Positions 47,601-58,785 of a stretch of DNA of 64,000 nucleotides are shown one piece after another. The notes under the pieces were generated by a model. That model searched no databases and was not told the origin of the DNA. It worked only from the letters and a program-made list of their open reading frames with translations. The stretch lies in assembly GCA_977030845.1 (NCBI GenBank), contig OZ365114.1, forward strand, positions 22,382,001-22,446,000, read 5' to 3'. The position numbers and the translations under genes are program-made. Every line of letters starts with the position of its first letter. Within the stretch, counting starts at the first letter, position 1. The DNA is from Fimbriosthenelais zetlandica. Lineage: Eukaryota.

Positions 47601-50600
47601 CTTTAATCAGTGAAACATTAAATTTCATGAAATAGATGGGAAAGTGTATGCGGGGGTATTATGACGGGTGCCTTTGCTTTAATAAAGGGTTCCCATGCAC
47701 TAATATCCAAAGTAAACATTTCCAGATATTTTCCTGCCTATATACTTCATAATCAATTCCGAGATTCAATGTAATACGTTTTATGCTCGTTTCCAATAGA
47801 AAGGTGGTTTCCAATTTGTTTCCTGAGCATTCATGCTTTTCCAGAAAATTCTTGATGTTGAAAAACTACACAAGTTTATTTTGGCAAATCTCCCTCTAAT
47901 ACCAATTAGTCAAATAGCTATACAAATCTATTTTCGGGGAACAAAATCACATGACTTTACATAAAGGCAGTCACTAGCACATGGCATGTATGAAGCCATG
48001 AAAGTTCATGATCTGAGGTGACCTGCTGAGAGGTTCACATCCCACCTAGCGGGGTCCCACTCTAATATTACAATCACTCATTATTACTGCTCAGGTTTTA
48101 CTTCTATGAACGGTCACAAGGTTATCACAAGCTAGATATATGGACATGATTCTAGGCAGTTATACATGTATAATATGTAAAATCTATTTCGGTGGTTTTT
48201 GTTTTACGCAAAGTCAATTAACAACGGGGTCAAATATCGTCCCAGATATGTATGAACTTATCGATTTGTGTCCTTTATACATGTATATCCAATGATTTCC
48301 CTCCATAAAGGGTTGCATTTATTTGTGATGGCGAGATAAAAGTTCATAATATATTAAAAGTTATCACAGTTATGAGTTATCAATAGAGATTTGATCTGCA
48401 GGTATTATCTCATCAGATGAAGGATTACTTAACGTGATCACATTATTTATATGAGGTCATATGTTCCATGTTATATTAAAGTATAAATAGTGTATGATGT
48501 ACTTATGCACATTTAATCTGAATCTCTAACCATAAAATACTTAAGGATGAGCAAAGCATATCAGATAAGCTTAGAGTTGTGAATAATCGGGTCAACAGTC
48601 AACGCAGATTATGGGGCAAAATTAGCAGTGAACAGAGATGATCAGTCCCTAGTACCGATATCAATAGTCATCCCTATCAGAAATAATACATGTCCTATGA
48701 TTTTTTAAATTATTAATACAATGAACTCTGTATCCCAGACTTAAACTAAGCTCGTTACACGATTATATTGTTTTCCCCTTGATATTAACGGTAATGACAT
48801 AATAAAGATATCTTCAAGATTAAAGATATCTATAAGATCCAAAGATTAATAACAGACGTAAAAAGATAACATATCAGGGGCAACATAACGTTGAGGATAA
48901 TGTGATAATGATAATAATCAGGTGACCTTCATAATGTTATGAACTTCAACTAAAACATTTCTATTTTTTATCTTCTCACAGGTACGTCCACACAGTGCCA
49001 ACCTTGAAAACCGCCACCAGAGATAAGCCGATGAGCAGTTGATGGATGATCCCAGTGCTGTTTAGATTAGTGCTTGTCCTCTATATCCCAGGTGGAGGTT
49101 AGTGCTCTGCTACACGAGTACACATAGACCAACCACCCACACAAGGCCTCATCATAGCACCATAGTCTGACACTTACATACATGAACAATGAAGGACCTA
49201 TAGTGAACTGACATTTCTGTGAAGTATATCTGAATTCTCCACACTTTGCCAGCTGAGACTTTCTTAATTTAAAATTTTGTGATTAGTTCTATCCTTCACC
49301 ACCACACAGTACTCATGGAGGTCGTCTTCGACCATCTGTCATCAGGACAAATGTTGTCCATGTGGGAACATTCAGAGGAACAAGATCTACTGAGCCCATT
49401 ACCTGACGAGATGGGATCACCAAGATCAATATGTGAGAGTGAGTTGCGACCTGATAGTGCCATCGGTACGGGATCAAACTATTCTGATAACAACCTCGAC
49501 TGTGCAGACTTCTCAGACTGGACTGAGGAGGGCTCGTTCAGCCGGACCTCTCCAGCCCATAGTATGTCAGATATTGATGAACCGGAATATGAGGAAAACA
49601 TGGGCCTTTCCTTCGGAGGATTTGTCAATGGAGGTAGTGACTTGGATGATAATGAACATTACTGTGAGAACAAAGTATTGTTCTGTGTTGAGTGCCAAGC
49701 TACTATCTGTCTCAGATGTAAAGCATACAGTCATCTACATCATAAGACCACCACTATTAGAAATGCTGCCTTCAGGAGAAAGACTGACATCTCGTGTTTG
49801 AGTGAGAGATTGGCAGCCAAGAAAGTGCTACTCAATGAACAGTTGAATCGATGTGAGAACTATGAAGATTCACTGAGGACTAACCGGGAAACTGTAGAAG
49901 TAAGTCTTCAGAGGAGGAGGGACTACTACCACAGGATGGTAGAACACTGGTACAAGAAGAACCAGGATCATATCAAGGCTATCATCTCATATGAGATGGA
50001 GAAAGTGAACGACAACATACAGACAATCACCCGTGCCCTGGATGAGCTGAAGGAAACCACTGACTACATCTCCCAACTCCAGACATACACCCAGCCCACT
50101 GACGTGCTCGCCCTCAGCAAGGAGCTGCTCCCTCAGACTCAAACCAATGACGAAGACGACCTACTGAGTATGCAGCAAGAACTGGACCAACAGATCTACT
50201 TCATCCTCAACACCAGTAAAGCCATGAGCCCATCTGATCTTGGAGAAGTTACAGCCAAGCATGTGGGGATGAACCAACAGGCTCAAAACCAACTGGTGTC
50301 TTCTGGGAAACTCGTCTTCTCTTTCTCCACCCGCCAAGGTCCCACATGCCACTACAGTGCTACAGGATTATCCATCGACACCCAGGGTAACTTTGTAGTC
50401 AGTGATATGGGCAAGGACTGTGTTCTCGTGTATAAACCCAATGGACAGATAGTCAGGTGTCTTGACACCTTACCCTTCGATGAACCCACCCGAGCTGTAC
50501 CCCTTGGAGAAGATGTCTTAGCAGTTGCCTGTAAAAACAACATCAAGTTCTTCAGTGCTAAAGATGGATCATTTGGACACTCTATGAAGCAGAATGTCTA

Positions 50601-53600
50601 TTGTCCTGCCAGCGTCTGTGTCAGCCAAGACAACTGCCATATGATCGTGACTGATATGGCAGAGGATGGACCGCTAGTCTACATCTACGACACTCAGGAC
50701 TGGGAACTCATTAACACTATCATTGGTGGACGACGAGCGCCTGTCTTTGAAAACCCATGGTACATCTCTACTGATGCTTCAGGCAATGTCATCGTGTCAG
50801 ACCTGGCAGACCACACTGTGAAAATCTTCAACAACCGAGGAATCCTGGTCAAGGAAATAGGTGGTCAGGGAGCTCAACCAGGACAGTTCTTCAGACCAGC
50901 TGGTGTGTGTACTGATGAGTATGGACATATTCTAGTGGCTGACAGTGGAAACCATCGCGTTCAAATGTTCAACTCTAGAGGAGACTTCTGTGCAGTGTTA
51001 GTTAACAAGGACATTGACGGTTTCATTAACCCAATGGATCTGGCCATTGACAGTGAAAAGAGGCTTGTGGTTCTACAGAGTGATGGCGTCGTAGGCACAT
51101 ACCAATACATCTACTAAACAGAACATCATGTGATTATCTTAAGAGTGCTTAAATTATTGGATCGATATCGATCCTTTCCCACAGCTCAGTGATATGTGGA
51201 TCGATAACTTATCATCAAGAGGGTTTTTTTTATATGTGAAGAACAAAGGACAATCACATACAAATTCCTGCTTGTTTACCTCAGATCATCCAAAACAGAC
51301 TGTAGAGAATACTCAGAAATTAGCTTATATATCTATTATACACATTGATGTATCACAAGGTATATGAAGTGGTGCGGAGACAGCCCCTACCATGTGATTC
51401 TATGTGATTTATTTAGGATATCCCATGAAATATATGTGCTATCGATATGGTTGTGAAAGGTGAAATGTAACCATTAATTATGACAGATTCATCGTAACAT
51501 TGTAGGTCAGGTTTCTTAGGTCAGCAAGGAGAGGATTGTCTTATTCATTTCAATCATATCAGAATGAAATGGATTATAATGTTTTGACAGATGACGTACA
51601 AGATCATGTACAATTTGTTGGTACTGGGACTTATGCAGCCCCATGTGATATTACTGTGTAAGCTTAATTCTCATTGTAAATATTTCCATTACATTGTATA
51701 TAACAACTCTGTTAGGGGAAAATGCACAAGGGATTGACTGGTGCAATCTTCTTCATTACGAAAAAACGTTAACTTAATACGTTTGGTGCAGTTTGGTGCA
51801 AATTGTTAATATGGAAAAGCTGATATCTCTTCTCCTATCTTTTCAAGGAGAAAACTTGATAGTTACAGTATAGTACTTTAGATAGCTGCAGGCAATTCAG
51901 TTGATTCAACCACAGACATGTCTATGATTCAACAATTATTCATTATCAAGGGAACATTTTGTCTTGACTTTTGAACTATGATACCGGGAGATAAAGCGTT
52001 GTCCTGCATACTGCCTTATGTTTAGAAAACAAAGTCACTGTATATAACATGTGTATAGTCCCGCCTAAGTGTACTTAGTGTTGTTATAGATAATTAACTT
52101 ATTATCATATTTTTTCACTTACATCTGTATATAATATGCCAACCTGAAATCTGTGATTTCAAAGAATGTTTGGAGCAGTTCGATGATAAAATTAAAACTT
52201 TTTGACTAAGATGAATTCAATTCTTGATTTGATTCTTATCCAAGGATAGTTGTAAGTATAGGAGAGCGGAATGACGTTATCGAAATAATATCTCAAAACA
52301 TTACATTATATCGCATTAAATCAACATTCACTCAAGAGCAAATATGCTAGGGAGATAAAACATCAGATATATTCAAGTGTTCAACTTTTTTTAAAAAGAA
52401 AAACCGCTGACCAAAGTCAAGATTCTTTGGACCTTAACAACACACAATGATAATGAATTACAACACAACCGATCAATACCTAAATTCCTGTAAATATCTG
52501 ACACTTGTAAAAATCTGATAAGAAAGCAAAGTCCACTAAGGTGGGTGTTAATTACTTGATATAGATACTGGGTCAGTCTAATAAAGACCATAATATTATC
52601 GTAGCTCAAATATATCAGTATATAATCTCACGTGTCAGTGGGTTGTAGAGAGGACGTCATATGACCAGTATCAGACTGAATCATCTTCTCATCAGACATC
52701 AGTGCAGGCCCTGGTCCACTCTCCTGGCTCTCAGACATAGCCCTCTGGTAACCACTCAGCTGGGACTGGAAAACAAAGAAACATATGTCTTTATTACTCA
52801 ATTACAGGCATTAGAAGAAATACTAAAGAACGAAAGGGGCTACTTAAGTGTTCTATGGGATATTTATTCTGGGTTAATAATGCTTGTGGGCACGCAAAAA
52901 AGTACATTCTTTAATCATTATTGTGTTAAAGAGGCATATGTACTAAAGGACTGTATTTAGTAAGTCAATGGTTCTATACCATGATGTTGTTGTTGCCTGA
53001 AGCTGTACCAGTCAAGACGTGGAGAGCTTCCTCCCAGTGAGTCTGCATCATCATCTGAAGGCGTGATGTCATTTCCTGTCTCTGAGATTCCAACTGTTTG
53101 ACATAGGCCTGAATGGACTCTAGCTCGCCTCGGCCTTCCTTGATCCTTTAAGAATTAAAAAAAGATCTATAGTATACATTTCTACAAAGCCTAGGCAGTC
53201 ACTGTGGCTCCCAAAATGGGTATATAAAAATTCCCTCATAAATTGTCATAAATATAAATTGTCCCTCATAGAACCTTACAATGCTTAATATGTGCAAGTA
53301 CTTCTTAGAGATATTGTTAATATAATTATCTGCCACAACGGAAATATGTCTATTCATATAAAAGATTTTTTTTTAGAAAACGACTCACATCTCTTCAAAC
53401 TCCATAACTTTTTGAGTGAGTATCTCATCTTTGTGTCTCAGGTCATCCTGGTGCTGTCTGTGTACCTCTTTCAGCTCCGTGGTGTGGCGCTGTGATAACT
53501 CGTGTACCTGACGGCGGAGGCGCTCATGGAGCTCCTCCTCATTGGCCCTCTGGCGGCGATGGGCTTCATCAAGTTTAGACGACAGCTGCATGTACAGGAA

Positions 53601-56600
53601 ACACAATTAAAAACATGTCACAAATGTTAACATACAGACATACATGAGGGATCTGTGGAGTCCTCTAGATGCCTTAGGATTTATTTGGATTTTCAAAGTC
53701 TCGAAAAATTGTGAATGGAAATGATCTTGTAATATATATATGTGGTACAAAGCTACATTAACTCACCGCTTTCTCAGCCTCACATCTGAGGTCCGCCTCT
53801 AATGTACGGAGGCTACTCTCCATCTTATCCTCCAGCAAACCCAGCTGGACATGAAGGCTCTCCTGTTAAAGGTACATAAAAGACAAACTTCTAATGGACG
53901 CCAGCCTTAGTCATAATCATAAGACAAATATGTAACTGATTGTAATCAGTATACTGAATACATGTACATGTACTTGGAGAACTGACCTTCTCCCTGGAGG
54001 TAGAATCTAGTTGCTGATGCAGTTGCTGGGATTCTGATTGAGAGGCTGCAAGAACCTCATGAGTTTCTCTCAACAGCTGGGCTTGCTGCTCACATTTACT
54101 CTGAAAGTAAATGGGATAGGGATAGAGATCATCAGATGGATAGATGGGTTGGCGGATAGGTAGAGAGAGGGATGGCAAGATGATTGGATGGATTATGAGA
54201 TGACTGGGTAACTCAATGAATGACTGCCTTACCTTTTCCTGTTCTATAGTAGTGAGATGGTTGTCAGTGATTTCATCAATCTTTTGGAGATACTCTCGCT
54301 CCTTTTCCTCCCAGGTGTCTCGCTCCTGAAACCAGCAATCAAACAACAATAGCAGCTTTCGAGTTTAATAAGAACTCATGTTAAATTCTGTGAGATATTT
54401 TTCATTTTTAATGTCCAGTGACCAAGTACTTACGTTTTCCAGCGTGCCTTGTATCTTTATGAGCTCGTTCCTCACTTTCTCAGTTTGATGAAGCGAATGT
54501 TCATGATTCGTACTCAAGGTGTTGTATTGTTCACGCTGGATTTCCATAGCCTCAATGGCTTCCAATCTCTCTCTGTCCTTGACTGCAATCTATAGACAGG
54601 AAATTATGTCATAATTATCTCAATATAATATTGTTATCGCTATATCATCTCATTATCTCTATATCATAGCAATATCAAATATAAATACCTTGTAGTCGCG
54701 GTCATATAATGCCATTTCCTCTGACTTTTTTGAGGCTGTCAGTTGATCTACTATATTCGACATCTCTGCTTCGAATTTTTGTATCAACTGCAAAATAATT
54801 TGGAAATACATGTACATATAAATTCAGATAAAAGCACCAGGAGTTTCACATGGAACGCTGGAAAGATATCCATGAGAATTTGTTGGTGACTCACTGTGTA
54901 GGGTAAGGGCCTTTGGGGATGAGAGTAGGAAAGGTGCAAGAGCATAATATGTAAATAGATACATGAGACTATAGTGATCTTTACCTGAGTCTGGGCCTCG
55001 GATTTGGCAGACAATAAATGATTCTCCGCCTGTAATCGGTTAATAACTTCTACTCGCTCAGACTCCCTGCTCTTCCATCCATCAACGACTTTAGCGAGGG
55101 CCTAGAAAAGCAGGAATGTACACGAGTTCCTCTATAGGAGGCATTTGGATGTAATGGTTTAATGGTAAATGCGGGAAAGGAAATGTTAGAACATGAATTC
55201 AGTGAGATGAATAAAGATGTCATTTACTGACCTTATCTAACTGTTCAATCATTGTGTCTTTCTTTCTATCGGTATTCACGGCCACAGCTAACTGTTGCTG
55301 TACTTCCAAAAGCTGAAACAAATGATAAAGGAGATTAGAATAAAACTTTAATGATATTTCAGTGGATAAAAGACACTAAAGATAATCACATGATTGTATA
55401 TTCTGATTTAAACATTTTCCCTCAGAGAATTTATCCTTACTAGAATATGTATTGTTTGATAATATTACCGACCTTGCTTTGTAGAAGGTGTATTTGTTTT
55501 TCACAGTGTTTCCTTTTATAGATCTCCTTCTCTATGTTCTCCCTCAGCAGTTGGTTCTCCAGACCCACGGTGGCGTCACTGCGTCCACCACTATACACCA
55601 CGTCACTGACCGGGCTATGTGACGTCAGATTCTCCATCTGTGACGTCAGATCCACCAACGTCTTGTGCCTGGATTAAGATCAAAATAGGATATAATACAA
55701 GAGGTGTCAAAATAGGAAATATAATAAAAATACACGAAAAGACATGAATAAATGAATTCATAATATTGAATAGCTGAAATTGAAAATCAGTTTAATCATA
55801 GAATGTCGACCTACGTGTAGCCAGGAAAAGCGGTGCTACTGGCAATAGACGTATCTTTATCATCTTGAAAGCTGGATAAAAGTGACTGCATGTGTGCATC
55901 CTGATCATGAGGAACTTTCTCCACTGACAGAAAGAAGTACAGAATATGGAATTATGTTTATGTAGTAGTAACGAAGAAGATTAAATATGAAAAATCAAAG
56001 GCCAAATGGATGAATATTACTTTTACATTCATAATTATATGGAAATCCCAATGACTGGAAAGCCAGTTTTGTGTGAACAGACCTGGAATAATCTGTGAAG
56101 TGTCCTTTAAAACATTCTGCAAATGAATTCGAACTTGCTCCATGCTGTGCACATCAAAACCAACGTCACTCAAAAGCTGGAAGAGATAACAGAACTCTAT
56201 CATTAATTAAATCAAATTAATACAATTTTTCCAGCTTAAAATCCAGTCCTTTATGAATACTCCTGAAAATTCTCAGTCACAAGTTTCCAAGCAATTCGTT
56301 ATTTCCTTTATTTTAATTTATTATAAAAGAAACCCACCTCATCAACTGTCTGTGTGGGCCTCATTTTTCCCATCATCATATCTGGGGGTCCAGAGAGGGA
56401 GGCATCGTGTGCCCTACTATTGTACTGCACCGAGCCCTGACCAGGGTAAGCTTGCTGGTGGCTGTAGATCTTTCTCGTCATACCTGGGGCTGGTATATGT
56501 TCCTTCTGACCCTGCTCCTGGTCCAGCAGCATCATTCTCGTCTGGTGAAGCTGAGCTAATCTAGCTTGTTGTGTAGCCATTTGATTCTGATTCTGGTATT

Positions 56601-58785
56601 GGTATTGGTCAGTCACAGTTTCTGAGTGAGAGGGCTGACGATTGTTATCATTTATACTCTGTGGGTGAGGCGGTCCTTTCTCATGGGATGTCTGCATCAA
56701 TTTGGGTTCCAACAGACTCTGTGGGGCAGCTGAACGTTCATACTGATTTTGACCACCAGTTCCTGGTCTTTCTTGATAATCAATTTGCAAAGGATTAGAT
56801 GGAATCAAGCCCCTTCCTCCATCTTGATTCTGTCGACCAATTTTCATTTCTTTTGTACTTTCCTTCTCCTTTCTTTTAACTGTTTCTTTTACATCTTTAT
56901 GTGTATCTTTTGTTTTAGGTGATTTGCCAGTTTTAGAGTCGGACGTTTGCTTTTTAACTTGCACAAGTTGATCTACCTTTGACGTAGAACTTTTCACGGA
57001 GTGAATACTAACAACAGGTTTGTGTATTTCCTCCCTTGAAGAGTTGGAGGAATGACTACTGCTATGATCTACAGAGTCCTTAGACTTTTTACTCATCTTC
57101 CTCTCAGGTTTCTTGGGTGGAATCTGATGGGAAGAGTACTTCTTGTTACTTGTAGCTTTTTGACTTGTATCTGATTTGTTCTGGTGTCCTTTGTTAGCAC
57201 CGTCTTTTGGAGAGGGTGATCTTTCATCTAGAGACTTGTCTGAAGTCCTGGAGAGGGAACTACTGCGTTTAGCACCCACACTTGACGAGCGTACAGTTTG
57301 TGGTATGCGGGACAGAGACCGACGCTTTTCCTTCTGACCAGAAGGTGACGGTTCTAGACCAGGAGAAGGAAGGTCTTCAAATTTACCACTAGTTGTAGGG
57401 GTACTCAGAGAGGGGTTCATGCTCTTTTCGCGCTCTGAATCAGCAGATTGGTCCAACGTGGTAGAAGCGCTTCTTTCCTTTCTCTCAGGAGAAATATCTT
57501 CTAATGATATACTGGGACCTCTTTCTTCGTCCAGAGAAGGTGCAGGAGAAGAGTTATTTGGCTTATCAATATATTTAGAAGATTCAGCTTCTAAAGTTGC
57601 TGTTTCAGTGACTTCCTGGCTGTTTTTTCTCTGGGGTACCATGGTCTGTAACAGGTCATCTTGCAGCCAGAGACCAGCTGAGCTTGGTTCTACCCGTCTA
57701 TCTTCTACCACTGTCTCCTCCATCACCCCTCCCTCGCTCCCACCCTCGGTGTTGATACTGACAGCGTCCTCATCTTCACCAGTGGGATCTCCCGCCTCGT
57801 CTGTCCACACTTTAGGCTGGCTGTACATCAAAAGAGCAAGTGGCGGGTCAGGGATATCCTTCTCTTCTGGTTCAGTCACTTCAGATGAAAAAGAATCATC
57901 CAGGAACTGTATGGACTCTGGTTGGGAAGATGGCCTAGGGGGATAGTCATTATCTTCTGTATTGATCCCAGAGGTTTCCCCAACTTGACTCTTGGCCTCT
58001 TCTGTGGATCCCAAAGTGGGTAGGGGGTCTTTTGGTCCAAGACCTGCAATAGCAGACCTGATGCTCTGATCCATTTGGACAAGACCGGGTGAGGCTTGTT
58101 CACTGAGATTACTGTCGTCCACCAAGTAATCTTCAGCACTCAAAGACAGCTCACCAAGTGAGAAGTTACTCTGGTCCACTGACCTATCTGGGACATGAAC
58201 TGAAGGGGAGTCGCTCAAATGTAGTTCTCCTTGGAGCTCTTTATTAGAAGTAAGGCTAGTATCTTTTTCAATTACTTGTTCAATTCCTTGAGCTTCCTCC
58301 CTACCTCCTCCAATTACTTGGTCATCATGAGTGTCTAACTGACCAGTCCTCAAGAAAACCTCTCTGGAAAAGGGTGACTTTTCTGACTGGAACTGGGCAA
58401 TCAAGTGGTCTTCATGGAAACCAAGAGTGGGGGTAGAGGTTGGCTTCACTCGGAGTGGAGACGCCCAGCTGAAGGGGCTAGTATCCAAGTCAAAATGTTG
58501 AGCAGGATCAGAGACCGACCTCCTCTGGGTTTGATCATCTGGACTCTGAGCAGCACCAAAAGCAGCTGAACTAGCTTCACCACCAAAGTCAAGAAGAATC
58601 ATATCAGTCTCAGATATATCCTGAGTGTTCTCCATTGTAAATTTGTCTTCGTGGTGTTGGACTCTCTCGTTATCTATTTCAACTGCTTCCTGAGATTCAC
58701 TTCTTTTCCCTGTTAATGATTTACTTGTATCAATATCACTATTATTGTTTGTAGATTCTATGCTATTTTCATTTCTATTTGACAT
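38623..58785 (-). CDS. CNTROB: Centrobin-like centriolar coiled-coil protein, 22 coding exons, ~1877 aa
   Basis: Phase-consistent exons: 58785-56338, 56176-56083, 55923-55815, 55668-55473, 55312-55232, 55101-54985, 54787-54689, 54589-54434, 54325-54233, 54100-53987, 53862-53767, 53585-53389, 53145-52980, 52765-52632, 41268-41234, 41100-40453, 40254-40134, 40022-39938, 39795-39729, 39626-39492, 39270-39023, 38817-38623 (5634 nt). Centrobin-type motifs recalled from the vertebrate protein are RKHCEKQIHLLQSK, QQQLAVAVNTDRKKDTMIEQLDKALAKVVDGW, MMQTHWEEAL, ELERFMKILL, EITRLLGMY and a C-terminal KIWK. The start codon is uncertain; an in-frame ATG could lie in a small upstream exon at ~58972-58882. 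Confidence 0.85.
41986..42021. repeat. 36-bp near-perfect palindrome centred on GTTAAC
   Basis: CTTCCAGAATGAGAAGTTAACTTCTCGTTCTGGAAG equals its reverse complement except at one pair of positions. Confidence 0.85.
42600..42790. repeat. Pyrimidine-rich (CT) low-complexity tract
   Basis: The plus strand is strongly C/T-biased and made of short CCCT/CTCC/CCAT units. Confidence 0.6.
43142..43480 (-). mobile_element. tRNA(Leu/Ser)-derived SINE, ~340 bp, with A-rich tail
   Basis: The minus-strand head reads GGCTGTT-CTCG-TTGGCCCAGTGG (A box) ... GGGTTCGAATCCC (B box) ... AACAGCC. It has 7-bp terminal pairing and a long variable-arm-like insert, then a ~240 bp unique body and an A10 tail (T-run at 43142-43151). 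Confidence 0.7.
43680..43760 (+). pseudogene. tRNA-Ser/Leu-like remnant or SINE head
   Basis: GCAGTCAGTGGCCGAATGGTTAAAGAGATGAACT...GCTTCGATTCCTGCC resembles type II tRNAs. The B box is degenerate and the stems are broken. Confidence 0.45.
47102..47293. mobile_element. MITE (~190 bp), Tourist/Harbinger-like
   Basis: Imperfect ~45 bp TIRs (GGGGTTATCTCAAAAA...TCTAAATTTAAGTCC and GGATTTAAATTTAGA...TTTTTAGATGGCCC) are flanked by TAA and TTA. Confidence 0.65.
49315..51117 (+). CDS. RING-less TRIM-NHL-like protein (acidic N-terminus, B-box, coiled coil, NHL beta-propeller), ~600 aa, intronless CDS, nested in the centrobin intron
   Basis: ORF 49279-51117 with its first ATG at 49315, just after a CACAG acceptor. 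It has the B-box-like HYCENKVLFCVECQATICLRCKAYSHLHH, a heptad-rich middle, and NHL repeats including the canonical GQGAQPGQFFRPAGVCTDEYGHILVADSGNHRVQMF. Confidence 0.9.
   Translation: MEVVFDHLSSGQMLSMWEHSEEQDLLSPLPDEMGSPRSICESELRPDSAIGTGSNYSDNNLDCADFSDWTEEGSFSRTSPAHSMSDIDEPEYEENMGLSFGGFVNGGSDLDDNEHYCENKVLFCVECQATICLRCKAYSHLHHKTTTIRNAAFRRKTDISCLSERLAAKKVLLNEQLNRCENYEDSLRTNRETVEVSLQRRRDYYHRMVEHWYKKNQDHIKAIISYEMEKVNDNIQTITRALDELKETTDYISQLQTYTQPTDVLALSKELLPQTQTNDEDDLLSMQQELDQQIYFILNTSKAMSPSDLGEVTAKHVGMNQQAQNQLVSSGKLVFSFSTRQGPTCHYSATGLSIDTQGNFVVSDMGKDCVLVYKPNGQIVRCLDTLPFDEPTRAVPLGEDVLAVACKNNIKFFSAKDGSFGHSMKQNVYCPASVCVSQDNCHMIVTDMAEDGPLVYIYDTQDWELINTIIGGRRAPVFENPWYISTDASGNVIVSDLADHTVKIFNNRGILVKEIGGQGAQPGQFFRPAGVCTDEYGHILVADSGNHRVQMFNSRGDFCAVLVNKDIDGFINPMDLAIDSEKRLVVLQSDGVVGTYQYIY

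Noticed and set aside
51159-51174. 16-bp perfect palindrome GGATCGATATCGATCC in the TRIM-NHL 3' UTR
   Set aside because: Short, single and without supporting context.
56253-58139. ORFs 56253-56564 (+), 57419-57946 (+) and 57876-58139 (-)
   Set aside because: Antisense or out-of-frame shadows of the large centrobin exon.
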